Of a stretch of DNA of 64,000 bases, positions 24,611 to 35,025 are shown in pieces. Position numbers and translations under genes: made by a program. The stretch spans positions 24,979,840-25,043,839 of the forward strand of contig CM074525.1 in the NCBI GenBank assembly GCA_037379345.1, given 5' to 3'. Each line of letters starts with the position of its first letter. Positions within the stretch are counted from its first letter, which is position 1. Source of the DNA: Perna viridis. Its lineage: Eukaryota. Under the pieces are notes generated by a model. It did not search any database. It worked only from the letters and a program-made list of their open reading frames with translations, and was not told where the DNA came from.

Positions 24611-25365
24611 GTAACAATTGAGAAAAAAATATAGTTTAACGGTAACAGGTACTTTTAGTTTGGTTTGAATTTATTGTGGTGGTGGAAAATTCTGACCATT
24701 CGAATACAATTTAACCAAAATTTAATTTTGAGTTATCCCGCTTTGATTTGTTAAATTATGTTGTATCGGGACTGTTTTCGTAAAAGGAATAAATGCTTAA
24801 AAGTTGCTGAAAATTTCACGCTTTGTCCCATCTAAGAAATTTAAGACATTGATCAATCTAGTTAACAGTTACATTTTATTTTTAAAATGGTGTCACTTGT
24901 GTAGGCGTTATTAAAAAATATAGAACTATTTTCATCTTCTTGTTTTATTTTTTGGAGAAAAATGGAAACATGCTAAAAATGCTTTTGTTTAGAATGTATT
25001 TTATGTTTTTGCCCTATAAAAATACTATAAAATAATTCTGAGAGTAAGAAATTTTTAGTATTGATATGGTGAGCATGGAAGGTTATGGAACTACTATTTG
25101 AATTTCATTGAGCGATTAAAAATTCGAAAGAACAAAAAGAATTCTTAGATTTTGGATAAAATAAGTAATAATAATATACATAAAAAGGTCTGGTCCTGAA
25201 GTCGATCCAGGGTGAATTTTTATTCCAGATCATTTGATAATAAAAAGCTTCCAAGTGAGGTCACATGTTTAGATTCTCATTTGGAAATAAACCAGGCTAC
25301 TGTTTGTTTGAAGTGATGCATGGGTGATTGTTTGTGTTTAACATCGAACTAACCAACATTTTCAG

Positions 25366-25647
25366 ACGTACAGACAGCGAGACAGAGAGCTATCCACCGT
25401 CCCAAGTTAATGAAAAAGTCGGCTATGCTCAGTATGGTAATGGCGGTTATAACTCTGGTGGTGGCGGAAGTAGTATTAATGGCGGGTATAACTCTGGTGG
25501 TGGACGTGGTATAAAAGGCCATCGGCCAAGCGGAAAATACGAGAAACAAATAACTCCGGATTCTCGTAATGACTATCCCCGTATTCCGGATTCCGGGAAA
25601 CGAGATCCATACTTGTGGTCTGGTTATAATGCTAATCACCATACAAG
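25366..25647 (+). CDS. Gene 2 exon: cytoplasmic Gly/Tyr-rich region
   Basis: TTTTCAG acceptor and AG|GTGTGT donor; 282 nt, phase 2-2; RTDSETESYPP...NGGYNSGGG x2...NANHHT. Confidence 0.85.
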
Positions 25648-26449
25648 GTGTGTTTTACTGGATATTTAAGGATCAGGGGGTTCTTGTGTAAATTAAATAA
25701 CATTCTTCAAATTTAGAATCTATTGTATAACGATAATTTGTCAAAGAGACAACAACCCCACCTGGATGAAAATGTCCGTCCAGGGCCATTCATTGACTGG
25801 GATGAAAATGTCAGCCCGGGGCCACCTATTGGTCTTCAATGAACGCCGAGGAAATCTTCATACCAGAGGGCATGCTGCAGCTGGCCACGAAATGATTGTA
25901 TTTACCTGGAGGTACTGACGATAGGAGGAAACTAGTACTCCAGCAATTCTAAGGATTGGCCGGCAAACTATTTTTTTTACTTTGAGCATTGGGGTATTGA
26001 GAATTAAACGGATTTCTAACCTCTTATTGTGTCAGAGAAAGAAACTAAGTTGATTATAAATCGATTTGTTTTAAAAATGAGTAAAAACTAGAAATAACAA
26101 ACTGTTCTCAGAAATGAAGGGTGTGTTGATATATCGTCCAGACGGTTGGTTTGGTTGGACACAAGTAAACAGTTCAAATCTTTCCCAGAAAGAGTTTTTT
26201 TTTTGGTTTTGTTTCAAAGTAACGAGTGTATTATTACTGGAGCCATTTAAGTGTTACTTATTGATATGAAGATTTAATATTGAAAATTTAATGCTAACAT
26301 GACAAACTGTTACATTAGGTACTCTATGTGGCATTAACAAAAGCTGCATACATGTAATTCCACCTGTTGACTTAAACTTGTTCACACCATTACAGAAAAC
26401 GTATAAATATATTTAGATGACAAGTTTCACACTTTTTATTTATTCTTAG

Positions 26450-26614
26450 CAATAAGGAACCAGAACGACCTGATACAAGTACAGGTTACCAGTTTTATAG
26501 TGGTAAATCACAATATGATAATCGGGCGTTTGACCGGAATGAAAACGACCGTTACCGGGAAACCGGTTACCATGGTACCAATTATCAACAGGGTAAAAGA
26601 GAAGATTATAGATG
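26450..26614 (+). CDS. Gene 2 exon: cytoplasmic region
   Basis: TTCTTAG acceptor and GTTAGT donor; 165 nt, phase 2-2; NKEPERPDTSTGYQFYSGKSQYDNRAFDRNENDRYRETGYHGTNYQQGKREDYR. Confidence 0.85.
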
Positions 26615-26629
26615 GTTAGTATATTTCTT

Positions 26630-26900
26630 GGATAGGAATGTACTCATGTAAACAATAATACAACACGTTTGGAATGTATTCAGGTAAACAATTACCCAAC
26701 GGATGGGAATGTATTCATGTAAACAATTACCCACCGGATGAGAATGTAAACATATATTAGTAAATGGTTACCAATCGGATGGGAATGTATTCATGTAAAC
26801 AATTATCCACTGGATGAGAATGTATATATATATTAGTAAATGTTTACCAATCGGATGGGAATGTATTCATGTAAACAATTATCCACCGGGTGGGAATGTT
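26630..26900. repeat. Minisatellite, 35-41-bp alternating units (gene 2 last intron)
   Basis: GGATGGGAATGTATTCATGTAAACAATTACCCACC-like. Confidence 0.85.
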
Positions 26901-27046
26901 TGTTTAAGATTTTCTATAATTACATAAATTGAAAAAAAAATGTTTGAAAATTTATATTAAAAAAAAACATCAATACACTGCACATGCAGTTTCTTATTGC
27001 ATAAAAAACTAACATTCATTTCATAAAGCTATATTCCTTTTTTCAG

Positions 27047-27095
27047 GAATGGACAGCTACCTCGGGCACATGTAGGCCGCGATCGGCAGTATTAA
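27047..27095 (+). CDS. Gene 2 terminal exon
   Basis: TTTTTTCAG acceptor; the phase-2 join gives (W)NGQLPRAHVGRDRQY*; AATAAA at 27421 and ~27887. Confidence 0.8.
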
Positions 27096-28329
27096 CAGCA
27101 GATAATACCACTTCATCATGCCAAAACCTTTGATATTTACACATCGTTATTAACGTAAAAACGTTACAAGCTAATTTTACATGGCTTATATTACAAATAG
27201 GTGCTGTTTACATCGTTATCATACAAGAACAACTAGTACAAGCAGTTTTTTTTCTATACACAATTTAGGACATCTATACAATTAATGCAATTTATTTAGT
27301 TAGAGTTGTCTTTCTTTCCATACTTAGTAGCACTTATACAACGAAGAAAAGAACTTCTTCAGTGGAGCTATGAACCTCCTGGTGTTTTTTTTATTCAAAT
27401 CTACGCAAGAAATTCCAGTTAATAAATCATTTTCACATCTCTACAATCCATCCCACATAACAGTACTAATCGTTCTCTGTTTAAACGCAGAATTTGTAGG
27501 TGTAACCCCCTCCACCTTTGAGTACAGTGTGCATGTGCACTCTTAAAATGACGGCGAGTCCTGCGTACGGTCAAAATTTTACAGCGTACAATTCACAACT
27601 CTGCGTCCGAGTCCAATTGAAAAAAAATCTTGCGTCCGGTACTTGCAAGCGTACGAAAGCGAGGGGTTGTACCCTCATTTTTGTCATTTTTGTTTTTCTG
27701 ACCTTTATTTCAATCCAGTCAAAATTAATTCCATGTTTTTTTTCGATATTTCAAATGGGCCCGTACAGACGGGAAAGCTCTTTTTTTTAAATTCCATCAG
27801 TTCACTAAAATCAGGAATTTAATACACTGCAGTAGCTGTGAATTTCGACTCTTTGTCATTTTAGATGGTCATTTGTTATTTGTACCAATAAAAACATAAG
27901 TAATTTGTAAAGACCTTATTCAAACGGTAATATCTCATTATTTATAACATTTATTTGAAGGGGAGATAACCGACAACTTCGCCCGTCTTAATCAGATAAT
28001 ACCCGTTTTAAATTTCGGTAAAACACAATTTCTTGCGTATCTTTTTTAAATGTTTTATTCTGTATACAAACATCATTTTAGTTTATTACACAAGACATAA
28101 TATTATGTATTTTTGTTACATATTAAAACATATAAGTACCTTCTGTGTTTGCATTTGTGTTTCTCACGGTTAACGAGGGCGATATCAACTAACACGGTCA
28201 CTTTATGAATATGTATCACACTAGTATAACTATATAACCTCTTTCCCGACTAAAACAATAATTGCAAAATTACAGTCCGGATTTGACATGTTACAAAAGG
28301 TGCTTCCCATTGTCGAATCAACATTACCC

Positions 28330-28900
28330 TTAGCCACGTCTCCTAGTACGGTATCAGAACAGAAGGCAATGCTTCGCAATACGAAATCATAGTTCTCGAC
28401 CATACCTCACAAATACGGAGTCATAACCCTTGGCCAGGTCTTGCAGTACGGAATCAAAACTCTCAACCATACCTCACAATACGGAGTCATAACCCTTGGC
28501 CAGGTCTCGCAGTTCGGAATCATAACTCTCAACCATACCTCACAATACGGAGTCATAACCCTTGGCCAGGTCTCGCAGTTCGGAATCATAACTCTCATCC
28601 ATACCTCACAATATGGAGGAAGTCAAAACCTTCGGCCAGGTCTCGCATTTCGGAACCATAACTCTCAACCATACCTCGCAGTATGGAGCCATAACCCTTG
28701 GCAATGCCTCGAAATACGGAGTCATAACCCTCGGTCATGTCTCGCAGTATGGAATCATGCATAATCGACGTCAATACCTCGAATTACGGAGACAAAATCA
28801 TCGCGCATGCCTCGCAATACAGAATCACAACACACGACAATGCCTCTTGGTAAAATGTCACAATTCTCAACCATGCCTCGATGACCGGCGTTTTAACAAT
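28330..28900. repeat. Minisatellite 36 bp with a 72-bp higher-order core
   Basis: CATACCTCACAATACGGAGTCATAACCCTTGGC / CAGGTCTCGCAGTTCGGAATCATAACTCTCAAC alternation. Confidence 0.85.
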
Positions 28901-29834
28901 CAACAATGCTTCGCGTTATGGTACAAAAACTCGTCACGTAGCGCTAATTGACATATCCCTTTCTGTATGCATATAGTACTTGCATGTACATATGGGTTAT
29001 TCAATTTCTAGATTTCATACATGTAACGAAAAAAGACCTCCAGACACATTTTCTTATTTTTTTTAGTTCCAGCGTCGAGATAAAATCTATTGTTCTTGTT
29101 TTCTTTTTTTAAATTTTGTCACGATTTCTGTTTAACAGTTAGCACGTGACTATATGTTTGACCTTTCTCCTATTCAAATCGTCGACAAACGATTTAAAAC
29201 TTGGTAAACAGCTTGGCTCGGTCGTTGCTTTGTTTGTTTGTTTGTTTGGCTTTTTTTGCAAGGGTTGTCCTAATTTTGTTTGGCAACCCACCATGAGTTT
29301 GATATTATTCATGGAGAAGTTCACTAAGGTCTGATGTTTCTCTGTGGTTTGGTTGTTTAACATGCTAAAAAACGAATACAAACAAAGAACAACAACAACT
29401 AAACGTAGCTGCTAATCTGCTACATTTCTGATCGTTTATATGAGGACCAGTATATCTTATTGGTATGTGTGCACTAAATTAAATACCTGACTTGCGTCTT
29501 TGCAATTATCTACACTAAATTGGTGATCAATAGAAAAGAAAAGATTAAGGGTCGTGAATTATTAAAGAAGGAGTCTTGTAAAGCAGCGCCCGACATTCTG
29601 ACTCTGACACAAAATCAATCGCCAGTACATTCAAAACAATACAGTTTCCATGGTTACTCACTTATTCTAATTACAAAATTGTCCAATATTGTGAGAAAAT
29701 GTGAAAATATACGAGATGGGGACGTACTAAATTTGGTCTTGCAATTATCGAACCATCCCGTAGGACCACTTATAATGAATAGAAAAGGATTCTGTACAAC
29801 TCGTAGTGGCTGTGAAATTATATATATATATATA

Positions 29835-30047
29835 AGGGTCTGAAAAATTCCCAACGATGTTAGAACTGTCAAATTTGCGAAGCAAATTTTTGTCGTTCCC
29901 TCCGCGGGACTCGAACTCGTACCGCTGTGACATCTATGGAAACACCGCCTGCACTAAGTCCAGCGCCCTAGACCACTCGGCCAGCTAGGCTATATTTGAT
30001 CCGATGGAGCAGTGTAGTGAATAGAGTCGTCACACTCTGAGACATTG
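29835..30047 (-). mobile_element. tRNA(Leu)-derived element embedded in (TA)n
   Basis: A box TGGCCGAGTGG (29983-29973) and B box GTTCGAGTCCC (29916-29906); GGTCTAGGGCGCTGGACTTAG resembles tRNA-Leu; the acceptor stem does not pair; (TA)n on both sides. Confidence 0.7.
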
Positions 30048-30211
30048 TATATATATATATAATTAGGAGATGCAAAGATATGTGTGTGTTTGTCTCTTTT
30101 TTCGATAAATTGATGGTTTTTGTCCTTTCTCGTTATTTTTTATATAACAACACACCGGTAACGACAAGCTATGAACAGAGTTTAGTCATTTGATTAAAAG
30201 TAGAGAATCAT

Positions 30212-30449
30212 AATGTCAATCATTCACAATAGAAGTAAATCAACATCGTCCATCAAAGCTGCGATAATTTGATTGGTTGAAGAGTTTGGATTTGAAAATG
30301 ATCAGCCATGATAGGAATTCTAACCTCCCGCGTTATAAATCATGGCGGATTATTTTCATAATCCAAACTCTTCAACCAATCAAATTATAGCTGCCTTGAT
30401 GGACGATGTTGATTTCTTATCTATAGAATTATTGTGAATGGTTGACATT
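30212..30449. mobile_element. Fold-back (palindromic) MITE-like element
   Basis: Two ~100-bp arms are near-perfect inverted repeats (AAATCAACATCGTCCATCAA / TTGATGGACGATGTTGATTT; TTTGATTGGTTGAAGAGTTTGGATT / AATCCAAACTCTTCAACCAATCAAA) around a ~25-bp spacer. Confidence 0.8.
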
Positions 30450-30454
30450 GCAGA

Positions 30455-31750
30455 AGGGTAGGAACCTCAGTTACGAATCCAGTAGGGGGGTAGGACCCTC
30501 AATTACTGATCCAGGAGGAGAATAGGACCCTCAGTTACGGACCAATGAGGGGGATAGGGAACTCAGTTACAGACCCAGGAAGGGATAGGACCATCAGTAA
30601 CGGATCAAGCAGGAGAATACGACACTAAGTTTCGGAACCAGGAGGTAGGCAGCGACCTCAGTTACGGATCCAAGAAGGGATTGGACGCTCAGTTACGGGT
30701 CAAGAAGGAGGATAGGACCATATGTTATGGATCCAGGAGGTAGGTAGCGACCTCAATTACGGATCCAAGAAGGGATAGGACTCTCAGTTACGGGTCAAGA
30801 AGAAGATTAGGACTCTGAGTTGCGGATCATGGAGGATTGCAGGACACTCAGTTAAGGTTCTAGGAGGAGGGTTGAACCCCGAATTACGGATTCAGGAGGA
30901 GGAATAGACCCTCAGTCCCTGATACAGGAGGATAGGACCCTAGTATCAAAGGTCTCACTAACCACTTCTAACATTTCCATTACTTTACATGTTAAAAAAA
31001 GTAATTTTCAATGTTTCACTGTAAATTTCCATGACAAATAACATCTTAAAGTTGCACACCACTGCGAAGCTTGGAAAATAAGGCTTCCAAAATCATTATG
31101 CTAATGGTACGATGATCGTAGAAATTCGTCTCAAAATTTATTTCAATAAATAATACTGAAAATCCACATTTTTACCTTTTCTGCTAACTGACAGCATGGA
31201 GGCAAATTACTTACATATGTAAACAATATTCATACACTTTTGTAGTAAATTACAAATATTATTTTAAAGTACACATTCTCAACTTTATTTTGACTATTTT
31301 TACCAGAATACACAAATAATGCACTTACATTACATAGATCTAGGTTAAGTATGTTTTTGGTACTACATAAGGGATGACCATTTGACCCGAAAGTGGTTAG
31401 TGAGACCAGGAGCAGGATAAGAGCCTCAGTTACGGATCATGAAGGTAGGTGGGAACCTTAAATTATGGATACAAAAGGGGGACAAGAATCTCAGTTACGA
31501 ATCAAGGAGGAGGATTAGACCCTCAGTTCAGTATCCAGAAATGAGGATTGGATACTAAGTTAAAGATCAAGATGGAGGGTGCATAGCACCCTCAGTTAAG
31601 GATCCAGGAAGAGGAAAGGAACCTTCAGTTACATATCCGGGATGTCGGTAGGAGACTCAATTACTGATCCAGGAGGAGGATAGGACTCTCAGTTGCTGAT
31701 CCAGGAGGTAAATAGAAATCTTAGTTGCAGATCCAGGTGGAGGATGGGAA
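30455..31750. repeat. Degenerate ~31-36-bp minisatellite split by a TIR element
   Basis: GGATCCAGGAGGAGGATAGGACCCTCAGTTAC units on both sides of 30951-31407. Confidence 0.85.
30951..31407. mobile_element. TIR element inserted in a minisatellite
   Basis: Perfect 17-bp TIR GGTCTCACTAACCACTT / AAGTGGTTAGTGAGACC; no clear TSD. Confidence 0.75.
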
Positions 31751-32179
31751 ACCTCCTAATGTTGGAAAATTTAGTTACATGTTCAATCTAAATTTACGTT
31801 TCGTTTTTGTATGCTTGAAATCGGCGATAAGCAACCAAGAATTTCTGTTGTTGTTTTGTAAGAATCAAGAAAATACCTTATCCAACTCTTATTGAACCTC
31901 TATATCAGAATTTGTGAATTGAGAACTAGAGATCTAAGCTCACTGATGAAAATGTCTTAAAATTCCGTTTATATCGCTTACTCTCTTATTTTTCCTTTCA
32001 TTTTTAATTTGAAATTTTATCCAATTTTTGTTGACCTCTTTCGGTCCCAAAAATAATTTATGATCCATTACCATCCTTTCGTGACAAAAATATTTCCTAG
32101 ATACCTAATTAATTTCGAACTTTATAAATAATATATTATATAAAATATAAACATATAAACATATATTAATATTTGTATC

Positions 32180-32900
32180 TTCAGTGACAGTATCGTGATG
32201 GCAATATATGTATCTGTTCTGGCAATACAACGGTGGAGGTATATGTATCTGTTCTGGCAATACAACGGTGGTGGTATATGTATCTATTCTGGTTATATAA
32301 TGGCAATACTTTGGTATTATTCTATCTTGACTGTACCTGGGTAACGGTATAATTCTGTTCTGGCAGTACAGTTGTGAGGATATGTTAACTGTTCTGACTG
32401 ACCCGAAGTAGCATTATTATTCTGTTCTGAAAGTACAATGGACTTGATGACGACATTATTCTGCTTTGACAATACAAAGGTGGCGATATATGTATCTGGT
32501 CTGTCAGTACTATGGTGACGGTTTGTTACCTGTTCTGTCAGTACTATGGTGAGAGTTTGTTACCTGTTCTGTCAGTACTTTGGTGACGGGGTGATTATGT
32601 TCTAGTAATACCATGGTAATGGATTGTTATCTGTTCTGTCAGTACTATGGTGGACGGTTTGTTACCTAATCTGCCAGTACTATCATGAGAGTTTGTTACC
32701 TGTTCTGTCAGTACAGACGGTGTGATTATGTTCTAGTAATACTATGGTGACGGTTTTTTACCTGTTCTGACAGTGTTCTGGTGACGGTATGTTTTCAGTT
32801 ATGACAGTACAGTGGTGACGGTATGTTAGCTATTCTAGTCGTTCATGGGTTACGTTGTAACTCGTTCCTGACAATACAATGTGTCGGTATGTTATATATT
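32180..32900. repeat. Degenerate ~32-36-bp minisatellite
   Basis: CTGTTCTGTCAGTACTATGGTGACGGTTTGTTAC-like units. Confidence 0.8.
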
Positions 32901-33325
32901 TTTATAGTGCTATAGTGTGATCATGCTTCTATTCTAGCAGTAGCCTAGTATCAGTATGCTGCACGAAAGCGCCATAAAACTACAAATGTACTATTGAAAT
33001 AACACAGTCTTTATTCTTCGATCAATAGACATCATTATATCAGCCACTGGAACTCACTGACTCGGAGTCAATCTACAAATTAAACTCAACGGATTGAATA
33101 ACTATTCTCCGTGTCAGATGTAAATACACACCTCTAATCCATGCTGCTAACCCACAGAACGATTACAAATAAATAAAATAATGTTTCTTACAATATCCGA
33201 GTACACAGGTCGGATACTGTACATCGATGATTAATTTTCTATTATCTGAAACAAACAGAATAAAACAAATCAAATTAAATTATAAATATCCACAAAACAG
33301 GGCACCGTTGTTTTAATAAACATAT

Positions 33326-33544
33326 TTAATAAAGATATTGTCTGACAGTTTGTAACGTCTTTAATGAATTCCGAACGACAGACGATGTGAACTTTGGACT
33401 TCGAGAGAGATTGTATACCGGAGCAATCTCCAGCATAGCAGGTATTTTCGCTGTTAAGCTTTGGAATTTTTCGAAATCATTTATCAGCACTACAACAGTA
33501 GCAGGGTCGTGCATCTTCTGTTGCAAAAATGAGCGAATAATACC
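33326..33544 (-). CDS. Tentative gene 3 terminal exon
   Basis: T-tract-AAATCCAG acceptor, phase 0; GIIRSFLQQKMHDPATVVVLINDFEKF...RQYLY*; minus-strand AATAAA at ~33010. Confidence 0.45.
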   Translation of the reverse strand, partial: GIIRSFLQQKMHDPATVVVLINDFEKFQSLTAKIPAMLEIAPVYNLSRSPKFTSSVVRNSLKTLQTVRQYLY

Positions 33545-33678
33545 CTGGATTTAAAAAAAAATAAATTTCCCGATCGGAACCCTGCCTCTTTGAAAAAATT
33601 GTAGGATCCACCCTTGGTATCATAGCCTCTGCTAAACTTGTCTGTTCAATAACTAAATTAGAACATTGAGAGATTCAC

Positions 33679-33937
33679 AGACTCTATACGGTGAAAAACC
33701 TGGTTCAGTATTCCTGCATAGTTTGCAATTTTTCCATTATTATCCTCCGTTAATTGAACGTAATGAGTACTCCCTGGCTCGCAGTGTTTATTTTGTATGT
33801 CAAAATACAATTTAGTGACGAAATGTTTCAGCTTTGTAGAGGATTCATGCGGTAAATCGTTGCCTGTTTGCCCGTTATCTAGTAGTTTTTCAGTTATATC
33901 ACGAAGGACACCATTTAACAGAGAGACTGTTAATCTA
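33679..33937 (-). CDS. Tentative gene 3 internal exon (unknown protein)
   Basis: TTTTTCCATTTAG acceptor; open frame RLTVSLLNGVLRDITEKLLDNG...QVFHRIES; non-optimal GTGAAT donor in phase 0 (alternative CAG|GTT at 33700). Upstream exons not found. Confidence 0.45.
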
Positions 33938-34004
33938 CTAAATGGAAAAAGCATGGATATATTGTCAAAATAAAGTAGAAAAAAAAAGGGAGATCAGAAA
34001 ATAC

Positions 34005-34730
34005 AAAACACGAGGTCCGGGAATAAGGACTAAACACAACAAATCGAAGGTGAGGTCCGGGGATAACAACTAGACACACCAAACCGAATACGGACTAGAT
34101 ACAACAAACCGAACATGAGATCCTGGGATAACGGCTAGATACACCAAACCGAGCATGAGGTCCAGGAATAATGACAAGTCAAACTAAACCGAACACGAGG
34201 TCAGGGGGTAACGACTAGACATACCAAACCGAACACGAGGTCCAAGGATAACTAGACATATCAAACCAAACACGAGGTTCGGGGATAATGACAGAACATA
34301 CCAACGGGGATAATGACAGAACATACCAAACCGAACACAAGATCCGGGAATGACGACTAGACACAACAGACGGGACACGAGGTCCTGGGATAACGACCAC
34401 ACACAACAAATCGAACACGAGGTCCGGGAATAACGACTAGACACACCAAACCGAACATGAGGTCCGGGATAACGACTAGACACACCAAACCGAACACGAG
34501 GTCCTGGGATAACGACTAGACACACCAAACCGAACAGGAGGTCCTGGGATAACGACTAGACACACCAAACCGAACACGAGGTCCTGGGATAACGACTTGA
34601 CACACCAAACCGAACACTAGGTCCTGGGATAACGACTAGACACACCAAACCGAACACGAGGTCCTGGGATAACGACTAGACACAACAAACCGAGCATGGG
34701 ATCCTCGGATAAATACTAGACACACCAAAC
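34005..34730. repeat. Minisatellite 40 bp x~18
   Basis: ACGAGGTCCTGGGATAACGACTAGACACACCAAACCGAAC. Confidence 0.95.
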
Positions 34731-34734
34731 ATGT

Positions 34735-34840
34735 AATAAACAAAATAATAAATAGAAGAAAAAGTAAATGAGTAATCCGGACTCCACTTAATTTGGGAGA
34801 ATAGACCAGGTGTACCGGTAGGGTAAGCGTCATCTGCTTT
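34735..34840 (-). mobile_element. Penelope-like 3' UTR-only remnant; others at 4758-4830(+), 17090-17160(+), 36990-37110(-), 40620-40745(+), 52370-52450(+), 53895-53970(+)
   Basis: Shared core GCAGA..GACGCTTACCCTACCGGT.CACCTGGTC and downstream AGTGGAGTCCG. Confidence 0.7.
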
Positions 34841-34847
34841 TATGTGG

Positions 34848-35025
34848 TAGTCTTTGTAATAATCATGCAAATTTTGTTATACACCCTAAAAAAAGGCTAC
34901 AAATTTTTATTTTGTTATTAAGTTGCATTATAGGCCAGTATGATAAAATGTATAATTAGTTATTCCAATCTGTCTGCTCTTAGTAGATAATTCACGTTGA
35001 AAATCCAATAGTTTCTATTTTATTT
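34848..35025 (+). repeat. Dispersed ~180-bp repeat; second copy at 60772-60955
   Basis: GTAGTCTTTGTAA.AATCATGCAAATT...TTTTGTTATTAAGTTGC...CAATCTGTCTGCTCTTAG.AGATAAT...TTGAAAAT shared in direct orientation. Confidence 0.8.

Noticed and set aside
29897-29990. Functional tRNA-Leu gene
   Set aside because: The acceptor and anticodon stems do not pair and the variable region is aberrant; it is a tRNA-derived repeat.
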